Notes: a model not told the origin generated them from the letters alone. 64,000 nucleotides of DNA from an uncultured Verrucomicrobiae bacterium (GCA_963836755.1 CAWIKF010000002.1:1856001-1920000); one strand, 5' to 3'; shown: positions 9,715 through 19,809, counted from the first letter of the stretch. Program-made: numbers and translations.

Positions 9715-10502
9715 TCGTAAAGCGAGATGAGCACGATATTGGCCAGCGTGTCGATGGCGATGACCACGGTGATCGCCGTGACCACGCTCGAAGTGGTCGA
9801 GTCGCCCACGCCCGCCGCGCCACCGCGGACGGTGAGCCCTTTATAACAAGAGACGAGGCCGATGATGAGGCCGAAGAGAAAACTTTTCACCACGCCCGCG
9901 ATGATGTCGCGCCGCTGAAGCGAGTCGTGGACGAGGTCGATGAAATACGGGTAGGGGATGTTGAATTGCAGCCGCGAGATAAACGCCGCGCCGAGCAGCG
10001 CGGTGAGGTTCGAAAGTGTGACGAGGCAAGGCATCAGCAGAAAAACCGACAGCACGCGCGGCGAAACCAGAAAGCGCAACGGCCCCACCCCCATCGCCTC
10101 GATCGCCTCGACTTCCTCGGCGACCGTCATCGTGCCAAGCTCCGCCGTGTAAGCCGCGCCGATGCGCGCCGCGACCATGATTCCCGTGATCAATGGCCCG
10201 AGCTCGCGCGTAAAGCCGACCGCGACCAATCCCGGCACGAGCCGCTCCGTGCCGAAAGTTTCCAGCTGATAGCCGGTCAAAAGTGCCATCGTCATCCCGA
10301 GAAAAAGTGACACCAGCGCGACGAGCGGGATCGAGCCGACGCCGGCCCGATCCGTCTGCTCGAAAAAAATCGACGCACGAAATGGCATCCGCCCGCGCCG
10401 CATGTGCTCGAGCGTTTCCTCGATCGTCTCGACCAGCAGCCAGACGACGCTGCTCAAATCCTGAAGTGCGCGGCGAACGGGCGCGATGCGATCGAGAATC
10501 AT
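9711..10502 (-). CDS. mlaE: MlaE-type ABC permease
   Basis: RELGPLITGIMVAARIGAAYTAELGTM, GGAAGVGDSTTSSVV. Confidence 0.9.
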   Translation of the reverse strand: MILDRIAPVRRALQDLSSVVWLLVETIEETLEHMRRGRMPFRASIFFEQTDRAGVGSIPLVALVSLFLGMTMALLTGYQLETFGTERLVPGLVAVGFTRELGPLITGIMVAARIGAAYTAELGTMTVAEEVEAIEAMGVGPLRFLVSPRVLSVFLLMPCLVTLSNLTALLGAAFISRLQFNIPYPYFIDLVHDSLQRRDIIAGVVKSFLFGLIIGLVSCYKGLTVRGGAAGVGDSTTSSVVTAITVVIAIDTLANIVLISLYD

Positions 10503-10602
10503 GCGGCGAAACAATCTGACGCAGGCGCGAGCATTGTCGATGCGTTTGCACGGAGCGGAATCATCCCGCTCATTCGATTTTCGGCGGAAGTTTGGCGGTT
10601 CA

Positions 10603-11424
10603 TCATTGCACCTGCACCACCAGCGCCGTCGTGTTGTCGCTGCCCGAGCGCGCGACCGATTCGCGCACGAGATGCGCTGCCGGGTCGGCATCTGCGCGCG
10701 CCATTTCCTCCAGCTGATTGTCGTAAAGCCCGTTGATCAACCCATCCGTGCAGAGCAAAAAAAGATCGCCCGGCTCATACGCGATCGCGCCAACCTGCGG
10801 CTCGACGAACTGATGCCCGGCGCCGAGCGCCTTTTGCAGCACGTTGCGCCGCGGATGCGTGCGCGCTTCGCGTTCGTTGAGCTTTGCGTTGCGAAAAAGC
10901 CAGCCGACGTGCGTGTCATCCTGCGTGACCTGGCGGATCCCGCCCGTGCGCCCCGGCAAAAAATAAATCCTGCTGTCGCCGATGTGGCCAAAATACATCC
11001 AGCCCGGCGCGAACCAGCACAGGCTCAGCGTCGCCCCCATCCCGGTGCACTCCTCGTAACTTTCGCCGAGAAATAAAAGCGCGCGGTGGATCTGGTCGAA
11101 AAGTTCGACGAGCACGTCATCGACGCCGGCGTTGATCCCTGTGACCGCTTGTTTAAACGAACGCGGAAGCAGCCGCGTGATTTTTTCCACCGTGATGCGG
11201 CTTGCAAATTCTCCCGCCAGCGCGCCGCCCATTCCATCGCTCACGGCAAAGACAAAGTCGGCGTCGAGCGTGGATGCGTCGCCGACCTTTCCCAAAAACT
11301 GCACTTCCTCGGCATTGAAGCGGAGGCACAAAAACGAATCCTCGTTGTTGCGCCGAACTTTGCCGCGATCCGTCTGGCCGAACCAGCGGAGCTGCACCGC
11401 GGTTTTATTCGCGGTTTCCATCAT
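10603..11424 (-). CDS. PP2C-family Ser/Thr protein phosphatase
   Basis: TDRGKVRRNNED, VSDGMGG, HIGDSRIY, LCTDGL, DNTT. Confidence 0.93.
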   Translation of the reverse strand: MMETANKTAVQLRWFGQTDRGKVRRNNEDSFLCLRFNAEEVQFLGKVGDASTLDADFVFAVSDGMGGALAGEFASRITVEKITRLLPRSFKQAVTGINAGVDDVLVELFDQIHRALLFLGESYEECTGMGATLSLCWFAPGWMYFGHIGDSRIYFLPGRTGGIRQVTQDDTHVGWLFRNAKLNEREARTHPRRNVLQKALGAGHQFVEPQVGAIAYEPGDLFLLCTDGLINGLYDNQLEEMARADADPAAHLVRESVARSGSDNTTALVVQVQ

Positions 11425-11812
11425 CGGTTTTTTCGAAGCCTGGGAGGATCTCGGCGAATTCAAAATCGATCAGGCAAAAGCGCCCGTCGGATTGCCGATA
11501 CGTCACGTTGCGCAGTTCCGGGTCGTCGTGCTTCACGCCGAAACTCTCGAGCTCGGCAAACAATTCGCGCATCCGGTTTTCATCGAGATGCTCGACGCGG
11601 CTGCCGCAGTTCGTCGTCACAATCCGCAACTGCGACTCATCGCTCTCCAGCAAGCGCGGCACGAAAGGGCAGCCGCATTTTTCCAGATGACGCAGCACAC
11701 GGACTTCGTTTGCGAAACGTTCGGCAGCTTTTGGTCCGCGAAAAGTTTTGAAGACACGGCCGTCAAAACTCAGCCGCACTTTGGCGCGCAGCGTATCTTT
11801 TACGTCATGCAT
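11405..11812 (-). CDS. Minimal protein-kinase-like fold protein (RIO/Bud32/Kdo-like)
   Basis: VFK, FANEVRVL, VPRLL, HDDPELRN, LIDFE. Confidence 0.75.
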   Translation of the reverse strand: MHDVKDTLRAKVRLSFDGRVFKTFRGPKAAERFANEVRVLRHLEKCGCPFVPRLLESDESQLRIVTTNCGSRVEHLDENRMRELFAELESFGVKHDDPELRNVTYRQSDGRFCLIDFEFAEILPGFEKTDDGNRE

Positions 11813-11940
11813 GGAACCAGCAAGATGCATGACTCCGCCGCACGGGCAAGCGGGAGTTGCCGCGTGCGATGGCGGTTTTTGTCAAAGGTGGAGATTGTCT
11901 GCTGAGGTCGCCGGCGATATGCTTCGGAATTCCAATCCCT

Positions 11941-12165
11941 ATGGAACCAACCGAAACTCAAGCGGCAGCTCGCATCGACAGTGCAACCGAACCGAAGGCA
12001 GGCCGGATCAAAGCCGTCGCGTGGCTCGCCGGGGTGACAGCGGTCTTCGCGATTATCGGGATGAGTGATAGTGCCAACCACGTATCGGTGGGGATGGGCA
12101 TCGGTGTCATCGGCGTTTCGGCCATGGTTGCTTACGTCAGTTATCTCATTTTGAAAGTGGCTTGA
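11941..12165 (+). CDS. Small two-TM hypothetical membrane protein
   Basis: ATG start, two hydrophobic helices, fills the intergenic gap. Confidence 0.5.
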   Translation: MEPTETQAAARIDSATEPKAGRIKAVAWLAGVTAVFAIIGMSDSANHVSVGMGIGVIGVSAMVAYVSYLILKVA

Positions 12166-12240
12166 GCGATTGATCGCGGACGACTGGCGAAACGTGCGGG
12201 TTCATTGACAAAGCGCAGTCTCATTTCGATACTGCCAGTG

Positions 12241-12990
12241 ATGAGTTTGGACTTGAATGATCTGCTCCGCGACTGGCCCCACGAACCGGGCCAGATCAAG
12301 GTGCGAAAAGTGGAAGGAACCGATGGCCGGGAGAAGATTCAGCTCCGCATCGACCTCGGGTTGATCCAGATGGAAACCAGCGGGAGACCGGATGGACAAA
12401 GGCCGCACGGCGCGGAGTCGCTGCTGGCCTATCACGTCGCGCGCGCAAAGGAAAAGGAAGCGGCGGGCGAAACCTACACGCTCAGCGCGGAGGATTGCAG
12501 CGAGCTGCAGCAGGAGGGAATCCAGTTTTACCACCGCTACATCGCGCTCTTTCAGCTCAATGATTTTCCGAGCGTGATTCGGGACACGCAGCGCAATCTC
12601 GATTTGTTCAACTTTGTTTGCGACCACGCCGAAAAGGAGGAGCTCGCCGCGAGTTTCGAGCAGTTTCGCCCCTACGTCATCATGATGAACACGCGCGCGA
12701 AGGCTTCCATCGAGCTCGAGCGCGAGGATTACGTCGCGGCCGTGCGGCAGATCGAACGCGGACGGGAAAAAATCGTCGATGTTTACAGCGAACGGAATAC
12801 GCCGGAGATGGTGACGAGCAGCCCGGAGATCGCGTTTCTCGACGAATGGATCGAGGAAGTGCGCGCGAAGCGTCCGCTTTCGAAACTCGAAATCATGCAG
12901 CGCGAAATGGATGCCGCGATCGCAACCGAAGCGTATGAACGCGCGGCGGAATTGCGCGACGCGATCAAGGCGTATCGCAATAAAGAGTGA
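12241..12990 (+). CDS. Conserved hypothetical protein with C-terminal UVR (UvrB/UvrC) motif
   Basis: C-terminal MDAAIATEAYERAAELRDAI; N-terminal IQLRIDLGLIQME..GRPDG. Confidence 0.8.
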   Translation: MSLDLNDLLRDWPHEPGQIKVRKVEGTDGREKIQLRIDLGLIQMETSGRPDGQRPHGAESLLAYHVARAKEKEAAGETYTLSAEDCSELQQEGIQFYHRYIALFQLNDFPSVIRDTQRNLDLFNFVCDHAEKEELAASFEQFRPYVIMMNTRAKASIELEREDYVAAVRQIERGREKIVDVYSERNTPEMVTSSPEIAFLDEWIEEVRAKRPLSKLEIMQREMDAAIATEAYERAAELRDAIKAYRNKE

Positions 12991-13055
12991 GCCTGCCCGC
13001 GCGTATGCGCCGCAGTCAGCATCGGAGTTTTTACTCGATCCGCCTTGCCGCCCGG

Positions 13056-14999
13056 ATGAAAAAAATCGCACGACTCGTGCCGGTTTTCCTGCTCGCCGCG
13101 TGCGGAAATAATCCGCATCCCGCCGCGCTACACACGCAGCGCGCCGACGGATCGCCTTGGGTTGTTTTTTACCGGGCCGTCCCGGAAGACCCGCGCACAC
13201 TCGATCCGCAGGTTTGCTACGACACGCTCAGCAATCTTTTCGTCTCCACGCTTTACGAGAGCATGCTGCAATACGCGCCGTTCCAGACCGAACCTTACGC
13301 GCTCGAGCCGTGCCTCGCTGAGTCAATGCCGGAGCGGACGAAAAATGCGGACGGGACGGAAAGTTATCTATTCAAGATCAAGCGGGGACTCCGTTTCCAT
13401 GACGATCCTTGTTTTACGAATGGCGTCGGTCGTGAAGTTGTCGCGCAGGATATCCTCTACGCGCTCCATCGCATCGCCGACCCGAAGGTGGAATGCCCGG
13501 TGCTCTCGACGCTCGGCAACTATTTGCCCGGGTTGAACGAGGCCTACGAGAACGCACGAAAGACCGGGAAGTTTGATTACGCGCAGCCGCTCGCATGTTG
13601 CGAGTTGATCGACGACCACACTTTTCGCCTGCACCTCAGCCGCGCGTATCCGCAGATTTTGTATTGGTTCGCGATGCCGTTCACCGCGCCGGTTCCTCGC
13701 GAGGCTGTCGACTTTTACGACGGCGCATGGCATGACGGCGTGACGCGTGATCAGTTTAAATTTCATGCCGTCGGCACCGGCGCATTCCAGCAGGCGGAGT
13801 GGAGTCGCGGTCGTTTGATCCGGCTCGTGCGCGACGACCATTATCGCGCCACCGCGTTTCCAGAAAACGGCTGGAAACTAGGGGATGAGACGCACTTTCG
13901 CCCGCTCGCCGGTCACGCGCTGCCGTTCGTCGACGAGGTGCAATTCGCGATCATTCACGAAAGCATACCGGGCTGGCTGCTGTTCCGGCAGGGGTATGAG
14001 GACCGCAGCGGCATCGGCAAAGACGTGTTTCATTCCGTGTTAAATAACGTCCAACAACTGACGCCGGAATATCGCGCCCGCGGCATCCAGCTTTACAAAG
14101 ATGCCGAGCCGACGACGAGCTACGCCGTGTTTAACATGGAGGATCCGGTGCTCGGTAAAAACAAGCCGCTGCGGCAAGCGATCTCGAGCGCTTACGACGA
14201 GCAACTTGCGAACCAGATTTTTTTTAACGGCGTAGACCTTGATGCGCAGCAGCTTTTGCCGCCGGGCGTGATCGGGCATCAGTCGAATTTCGAAAATCCT
14301 TACCGCCAGCACGATCTTCCGCTCGCGCGGCGCTTGATGAAAGACGCCGGATATCCCGATGGCGTCGATGCGCGCACCGGTCAGCAGCTCGAGCTCTCGG
14401 TTGATCTCACGGCCGAAAGCGCCGAGGGCCGCCAGATGGCGGAGTTTGAAAAAAACCAGATCGAGCAGTTGGGCATCCGCGTCAACCTCAATGAGAACAC
14501 GTGGGCGCGCCTGCTCGACAAAATGGAGCACGGGCAATTTCAAATCTACGCCGGCTCCGGCTGGAACGCGGACTATCCCGATCCAGAAAACTTTTTTGCG
14601 CTGTTCTACTCGAAGAATTTTCCGCCGCAGGGTTCAAACAGCGGCCGCTACAACAACCCCGTTTACGATCGGATTTTCGAGCAAATGAGCACGATGGACA
14701 ATGGCCCCGGGCGGTTGCAGTTGATCGCTCAGCTCAACTCGATTCTGGTTGAGGACTGCCCATTTGTGCTCAATGCCCACAGCGTCGTCTTCAGCCTCGC
14801 GCAGCCATGGACACCGCGTGTCACAGAGAACGCGATGTTAAACAACGGCATGAAATACGTGCAGCTTGATCCGCGAATGCGCGTCGCGAAACAGCGCCAG
14901 TGGAACGAGGTAAATTATTTTCCCGCGTGGCTGACGCTTGGTGTCGTGGCCGTCGGCGCGGGCAGCGCGCTCGCGTGGAACAGAAAACGGAATGTTTAG
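13056..14999 (+). CDS. Opp/Dpp-family ABC substrate-binding lipoprotein
   Basis: Lipobox LLAAC, DPRTLDP, VGTGAF, GWNADYPDPENF. Confidence 0.9.
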   Translation: MKKIARLVPVFLLAACGNNPHPAALHTQRADGSPWVVFYRAVPEDPRTLDPQVCYDTLSNLFVSTLYESMLQYAPFQTEPYALEPCLAESMPERTKNADGTESYLFKIKRGLRFHDDPCFTNGVGREVVAQDILYALHRIADPKVECPVLSTLGNYLPGLNEAYENARKTGKFDYAQPLACCELIDDHTFRLHLSRAYPQILYWFAMPFTAPVPREAVDFYDGAWHDGVTRDQFKFHAVGTGAFQQAEWSRGRLIRLVRDDHYRATAFPENGWKLGDETHFRPLAGHALPFVDEVQFAIIHESIPGWLLFRQGYEDRSGIGKDVFHSVLNNVQQLTPEYRARGIQLYKDAEPTTSYAVFNMEDPVLGKNKPLRQAISSAYDEQLANQIFFNGVDLDAQQLLPPGVIGHQSNFENPYRQHDLPLARRLMKDAGYPDGVDARTGQQLELSVDLTAESAEGRQMAEFEKNQIEQLGIRVNLNENTWARLLDKMEHGQFQIYAGSGWNADYPDPENFFALFYSKNFPPQGSNSGRYNNPVYDRIFEQMSTMDNGPGRLQLIAQLNSILVEDCPFVLNAHSVVFSLAQPWTPRVTENAMLNNGMKYVQLDPRMRVAKQRQWNEVNYFPAWLTLGVVAVGAGSALAWNRKRNV

Positions 15000-15966
15000 C
15001 TACCTCATCCGCCGCATTCTTTACATGGTGCCGATCGTGGTCGGGGTGATGGTGATCACGTTCGTGCTTTTTTACGTGGTGCAAAAACCACGCGCGATGG
15101 CGCTGCGCATCCTCGGGCCGAAAGCCTCGCCGCAAGCCGTGGAAAACTGGCTGCACAACCGCGGCTACGACAAACCGGTGTATTTCAACACGCGGCCCGG
15201 CCACAACTTTCTTGATTCACAGTTTTTTAACAACCTGAAAGCACTTGCAGTTTTCGATCTCGGCGTTTCCGACGCCACTGGCGAGCCGGTGCTCGAAATG
15301 TTCAAGCATGGCGCGATCCCTTCGCTCATGATTACGCTGCCGGCTTTCGTGCTTGGTTTTTTTCTCGCGCTCGCTCTTTCGCTCTTCCTGGTTTTCGTCC
15401 GCGATTCACCGATCGACCTCGGCGGCATCATCGCCTGCGTCTGCCTGATGAGCGTGCCGATCATGGTCTACGTAATTTTCGGACAATGGTTGATGGCGAA
15501 TCAGCTCAAATATTTTCCCGCGTTCGGTTTCAACATCGAGGGATTTTCCACGCTGAAGTTTCTCGCGCTTCCTGTCTGCATCATGATCGTGAGCGGCCTC
15601 GGTGTGGACGTGCGGCTTTATCGCTCAATATTTCTCGAGGAAGTGCGCGCGGAATATGTGCGGACGGCGCAAGCGAAAGGCGCGTCGCACGCACGCGTGT
15701 TGCTCGGGCATGTTTTGAAAAACGGGATGATTTCGCTGATCACGCTCGTCGTCGCGTCGCTGCCATTTTTGATCATGGGCACGCTCGTGCTGGAAAGTTT
15801 TTTCGGCATTCCCGGCCTCGGTAATCTCGCGATCAATGCGATTCACACGTCCGATTTTTCCGTCGTCCGTGCCGACGTTTATCTCGGCTCGCTGCTGTAT
15901 CTCCTTGGGTTGTTGCTGACTGATATTTCCTATGCGGCTGTCGATCCGCGCATTCGCTTTGATTAA
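14992..15966 (+). CDS. Opp/Dpp ABC permease (OppB-like)
   Basis: YLIRRIL, EYVRTAQAKG EAA motif, AAVDPRI. Confidence 0.92.
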   Translation: MFSYLIRRILYMVPIVVGVMVITFVLFYVVQKPRAMALRILGPKASPQAVENWLHNRGYDKPVYFNTRPGHNFLDSQFFNNLKALAVFDLGVSDATGEPVLEMFKHGAIPSLMITLPAFVLGFFLALALSLFLVFVRDSPIDLGGIIACVCLMSVPIMVYVIFGQWLMANQLKYFPAFGFNIEGFSTLKFLALPVCIMIVSGLGVDVRLYRSIFLEEVRAEYVRTAQAKGASHARVLLGHVLKNGMISLITLVVASLPFLIMGTLVLESFFGIPGLGNLAINAIHTSDFSVVRADVYLGSLLYLLGLLLTDISYAAVDPRIRFD

Positions 15967-15969
15967 ACA

Positions 15970-16971
15970 ATGAGCATCTGGGTGCAAAACTCGCTCCTCG
16001 CTGGCGTTACGCTATTTTTTGCGATCCTAACTTTTCGCTTCGTGCGCACGGAGCGCTGGAAGCGAGCGTGGAAGCGCCTTCGCAGGCAAAAGCTCGCGTT
16101 GTTGTCGCTCGCGATTATCGGAATTTATCTCCTCGCCGCGATTCTTGATTGCGTCGCGTTGCCTTCGAAAAACTCGGCGCGGCAGATGAGTTTGCTCGAT
16201 TACTTTTTTCGCGGCGTTCCGACGGAGGAGGGTTACAGCGCTCCGCTCGCGAGGCAAGTTTACATGCTGAACAAAACCATTCCGCTGCACGGGCGTCATC
16301 TTCTCGGCACGGATCTGCTCGGAAAAGATGTCTTTTTACAAACGCTAAAAGGTTGCCGCACGGCGCTGCTCGTTGCTGGATTGACGAGCCTTGTTTACAT
16401 TCCGCTCGGCACTTTTCTCGGCATCGCCGCCGGCTATTACCGCGGTTGGGTCGACGATTTGATCCAATACGTCTACAGCACTTTCGCGTCGATTCCCGGC
16501 ATTCTGCTGGTCATCGCGACGCTGCTGATTCTCGGCCGCGGCATTGATCGCACCGCGCTTGCGCTAAGCCTCACAGCGTGGGTTGGAATCTGTCGATTGA
16601 TTCGCGGCGAAACTTTTCGGCAGGCCGCGCGGCCTTACACGGAAGCGGCGCGTGCGCTTGGGCAGCGCGACCTGCGCATCATCGGGCAGCACATTTTGCC
16701 AAACGTTATGCACCTCGTGGTGATCAACTTCGTGCTCGGTTTTTCCGGGCTCGTTCTCGCCGAGGCAATGTTGAGTTATCTCGGCGTCGGCGTGCCAGTC
16801 GGCACTGCGTCGTGGGGTGTGATGCTCGACTCGGGCCGCATGGAATTAAGCCGCGAACCCGTCGTCTGGTGGAATCTCACCGCGGCGACCATGGCAGTTT
16901 TTTTTCTGGTGCTGTCGCTGAATTTGTTTGGCGATGCATTGCAGAAAGCCTTTGATCCGAAAGCCGCATGA
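15970..16971 (+). CDS. Opp/Dpp ABC permease (OppC-like)
   Basis: HLLGTDLLGKD, YTEAARALG, HILPN, LFGDALQKAFDP. Confidence 0.92.
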   Translation: MSIWVQNSLLAGVTLFFAILTFRFVRTERWKRAWKRLRRQKLALLSLAIIGIYLLAAILDCVALPSKNSARQMSLLDYFFRGVPTEEGYSAPLARQVYMLNKTIPLHGRHLLGTDLLGKDVFLQTLKGCRTALLVAGLTSLVYIPLGTFLGIAAGYYRGWVDDLIQYVYSTFASIPGILLVIATLLILGRGIDRTALALSLTAWVGICRLIRGETFRQAARPYTEAARALGQRDLRIIGQHILPNVMHLVVINFVLGFSGLVLAEAMLSYLGVGVPVGTASWGVMLDSGRMELSREPVVWWNLTAATMAVFFLVLSLNLFGDALQKAFDPKAA

Positions 16972-17816
16972 ACGCCGAACCTTTGCTCGCAGTGCGCGAT
17001 CTTTCGATTCGTTTTCGCACGGAAAACGGCGTCGTCGATGCAGTAAAAAATATTTCGTTCAATCTTGAGGCGGGCGAAACTCTGGCGATCGTCGGCGAAA
17101 GCGGCAGCGGAAAAAGTGTAACTGCGCTTTCGCTCACGCGCCTGCTGCCGGAGCCGCCGGCGGAATATCCGTCGGGCGGAATTCTCTGGAAAAATGCGGA
17201 CGTCTTGAAAATGGGCGCGAACGATCTGCGCAAAGTTCGTGGCGGACAAATTGCGTATATTTTTCAGGAGCCTTCCACGTCTTTAAATCCTGTTTATACG
17301 ATCCGGAATCAAATTGCCGAGGCGATCAGGCTGCATCGCCGCGATGTCCGCGACGTCGATGCGGAGATCGTGAAGTGGCTGAATCTCGTCGGCATCGTGG
17401 ATCCGGAAAAGCGGATGCGCGACTATCCGCACCAGCTCAGCGGCGGAATGCAGCAGCGCGCGATGATCGCGATGGCGCTCTCGTGCCAGCCGGATTTGCT
17501 CGTGGCCGACGAGCCGACAACTGCGCTCGATGTAACGATTCAGGCGCAGATTATGGAGCAACTGCGCGAGTTAAAATCAAAACTCTCGATGTCGATTATT
17601 TTGATTACGCACAACTTTGGGATCATCGGCGACATCGCCGACAATGTCGCAGTGATGTTTCGCGGAAGAATTGTCGAATACGGCGCGACCAACTCAGTGC
17701 TAAACAATCCACAACATCCTTATACACGGGCGCTCATTGATTGCATTCCGCGGCTCGGGGCGCGGCGCGAGAGGCTGACAACGATCGATCACGCCGCGCT
17801 GGAAGCCGCGATTTAA
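16968..17816 (+). CDS. Opp/Dpp ABC ATPase (OppD-like)
   Basis: [34 protein letters not shown]. Confidence 0.93.
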   Translation: MNAEPLLAVRDLSIRFRTENGVVDAVKNISFNLEAGETLAIVGESGSGKSVTALSLTRLLPEPPAEYPSGGILWKNADVLKMGANDLRKVRGGQIAYIFQEPSTSLNPVYTIRNQIAEAIRLHRRDVRDVDAEIVKWLNLVGIVDPEKRMRDYPHQLSGGMQQRAMIAMALSCQPDLLVADEPTTALDVTIQAQIMEQLRELKSKLSMSIILITHNFGIIGDIADNVAVMFRGRIVEYGATNSVLNNPQHPYTRALIDCIPRLGARRERLTTIDHAALEAAI

Positions 17817-17819
17817 GCG

Positions 17820-19052
17820 TCAAAGATTGTTTTTGATGATTTGGAAAATCGCGGTGTTGTCCATGAAGGCTTTGAGATCGCGCGCTCCGGGGCCGATGCC
17901 CACACCGATTACGTCCTCGGCAAAGTTCAACGCAGCCGGCGCGTAAACGGCGGCGGGCTCCTTGGTCGCGGAATCTGGCGAGACTTTGGCCACGGCGCCG
18001 TTCGGACCGGAGGACCATGAGATTGCGGGGTAGCCGAATGGATTGATGCCGAGCAGGCCGACGCCGTGATCCTGCCGCAGCGGATAGCCATTCAACGTCA
18101 TGCCGCCAATTCCGCTTTTGCCGACCGCGAGAAGGAGAGTGTTTCCGCCGGAGTATTTCAACGCCGTCGCGATGGCGTGGTCGAATTCCACCGTTTCCGT
18201 GATCGTGTGCTCGCCGTCATTTTGCTCCGCCGCGCGGCTGATGAGTGCTGCATCGACGACGAGCAGATAACCTTTCGGATTCATCTGCAAAAATTGGATT
18301 GCTCGGCGCACCATGTCGGGAAGCGATGGTTGCTGGCTCCCGCTTTGAATCTCCGTGGAATACGGAAGATTTCCCGTCGCGAAAATTCCCACCCGCTGCG
18401 CCGCGGTAAAGATCGGCGCGTTTTCCAGATCAGCTTTTGAGCGAAAAATTTCGCGCCCGGCCTGCTTCATTTCGGTGAGTAAATCGCGGCCATCCTTCCG
18501 CCCTCCGCCGTTGGCCTCTGGCGTAAAATCATGTGCGCCGCCGCCCAGCGCGACATCGAGCCGGGTGCTGTCGGCAAACTGCGCGGCGATGTTTTCGATC
18601 TCATCGCTCTTTGAGGCGTGCGCATAAAATGCAGCGATGCCCGCGTCGGTGAGGCTGCTGTTTGTCACCACGCCGACGGCGCGCCCGCTCGCTTGCGCGA
18701 GTTCGATGATCGTTTTGAGCGGAGTGCCGCGAGGACTCATCGAGACGCTGCGATTATTAACTTTGACGCCAGTGGCGATCGCGCTGGCTGCAGCGGGGGA
18801 ATCGGGCACGGCGAAATCGCCTGCTTGATTTGAGAGCAGCGCGAGATACGGCAGCGACTCGAGTGTGAGTTTGTGGTCCGCGCCGCCCTCGTATAACCGC
18901 GCTGCAGTGAGATTTCCCGCAACGAGGCCGTCGCCGAGGAAGAGGATGATTCCAAAAGGTTTTTGCCGCACCCACTCGTGGAAATACAAAAAGCCGACGC
19001 CGAGAAAAACGAGCAGACAAAACAGCGCGAGCAATTGGTTGCGGAGCTTCAT
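17820..19052 (-). CDS. Alkaline-phosphatase-fold protein, probably catalytically degenerate
   Basis: IILFLGDG, PDS, AIATGVKVNN, DVALGGG, PSLPDM, MDNT; most Zn ligands substituted. Confidence 0.8.
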   Translation of the reverse strand: MKLRNQLLALFCLLVFLGVGFLYFHEWVRQKPFGIILFLGDGLVAGNLTAARLYEGGADHKLTLESLPYLALLSNQAGDFAVPDSPAAASAIATGVKVNNRSVSMSPRGTPLKTIIELAQASGRAVGVVTNSSLTDAGIAAFYAHASKSDEIENIAAQFADSTRLDVALGGGAHDFTPEANGGGRKDGRDLLTEMKQAGREIFRSKADLENAPIFTAAQRVGIFATGNLPYSTEIQSGSQQPSLPDMVRRAIQFLQMNPKGYLLVVDAALISRAAEQNDGEHTITETVEFDHAIATALKYSGGNTLLLAVGKSGIGGMTLNGYPLRQDHGVGLLGINPFGYPAISWSSGPNGAVAKVSPDSATKEPAAVYAPAALNFAEDVIGVGIGPGARDLKAFMDNTAIFQIIKNNL

Positions 19053-19233
19053 GCGACGGCGATGGGATGAAAAAAATTGGTCGCAGGGAAGAGCAAATGT
19101 TCCTCCGTCCGTTCATCGGTCGCGGGGGCACGGCGAGCCATTGAAATCAAAAACACCGGCCTGAGAAAGCGAACCGGCTCCGTGGCACGCAAGCAGCTTA
19201 GAGCATATGGAAATTATAAGAAACCTTCCTTCT

Positions 19234-19809
19234 ATGAAAAAAGCCCTTCTCCTTTTCCTCGCGCTCACTTCAGCTTCACAGCTTTGGGCGAGCATCCCTC
19301 TCGACCTCGGTTCACTCTCCGGCGGCACGCCTTACGATCGCTACATGACTCCGGTCAAGCAGGTCATAACCCATCTCGAAGGCGAGGAAACTTCAATGGC
19401 CCGCGTGCGTGAGCTGATGCATGTCGGCCGCAATTTTCGCTACTCATTTACCGATCCCTACGTCGCTGCGACCCCGCAAAAAACTGCGGAATTGCGTGCT
19501 GGCGATTGCAAAGCGAAGGCGCTCTGGCTGGCCGATCAGATGAACGATGAGTCGGTGCGTTTCGTCATTGGCAAAGCCCGCGCGACTTCGCGCCTAAGCC
19601 ACGCCTGGCTGATGTGGCAGCACGATTCGCGCTGGTATATCCTCGATTGCACCAACAATCGCGAGCCGATTCCGGCCGACCGCATCTCCGCGAGCGAATA
19701 CATCCCATTTTATTCCTACGCGAAGAACGGAACCTATTCGCACCAGGCGACGCAGCTTTACGCCGACTCTGGCGCACACAGGGGCTCAGCGGTTGCTTCT
19801 ACAAAATAG
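19234..19809 (+). CDS. Secreted transglutaminase-like cysteine proteinase (BTLCP-like)
   Basis: Signal peptide; GDCKAKAL...HAWL...ILDC Cys-His-Asp triad. Confidence 0.7.
   Translation: MKKALLLFLALTSASQLWASIPLDLGSLSGGTPYDRYMTPVKQVITHLEGEETSMARVRELMHVGRNFRYSFTDPYVAATPQKTAELRAGDCKAKALWLADQMNDESVRFVIGKARATSRLSHAWLMWQHDSRWYILDCTNNREPIPADRISASEYIPFYSYAKNGTYSHQATQLYADSGAHRGSAVASTK

Noticed and set aside
1..9900. Apparent C-rich to G-rich skew switches at arrays 1 and 2
   Set aside because: Explainable by convergent gene orientation and codon bias; cannot be established without a computed skew plot
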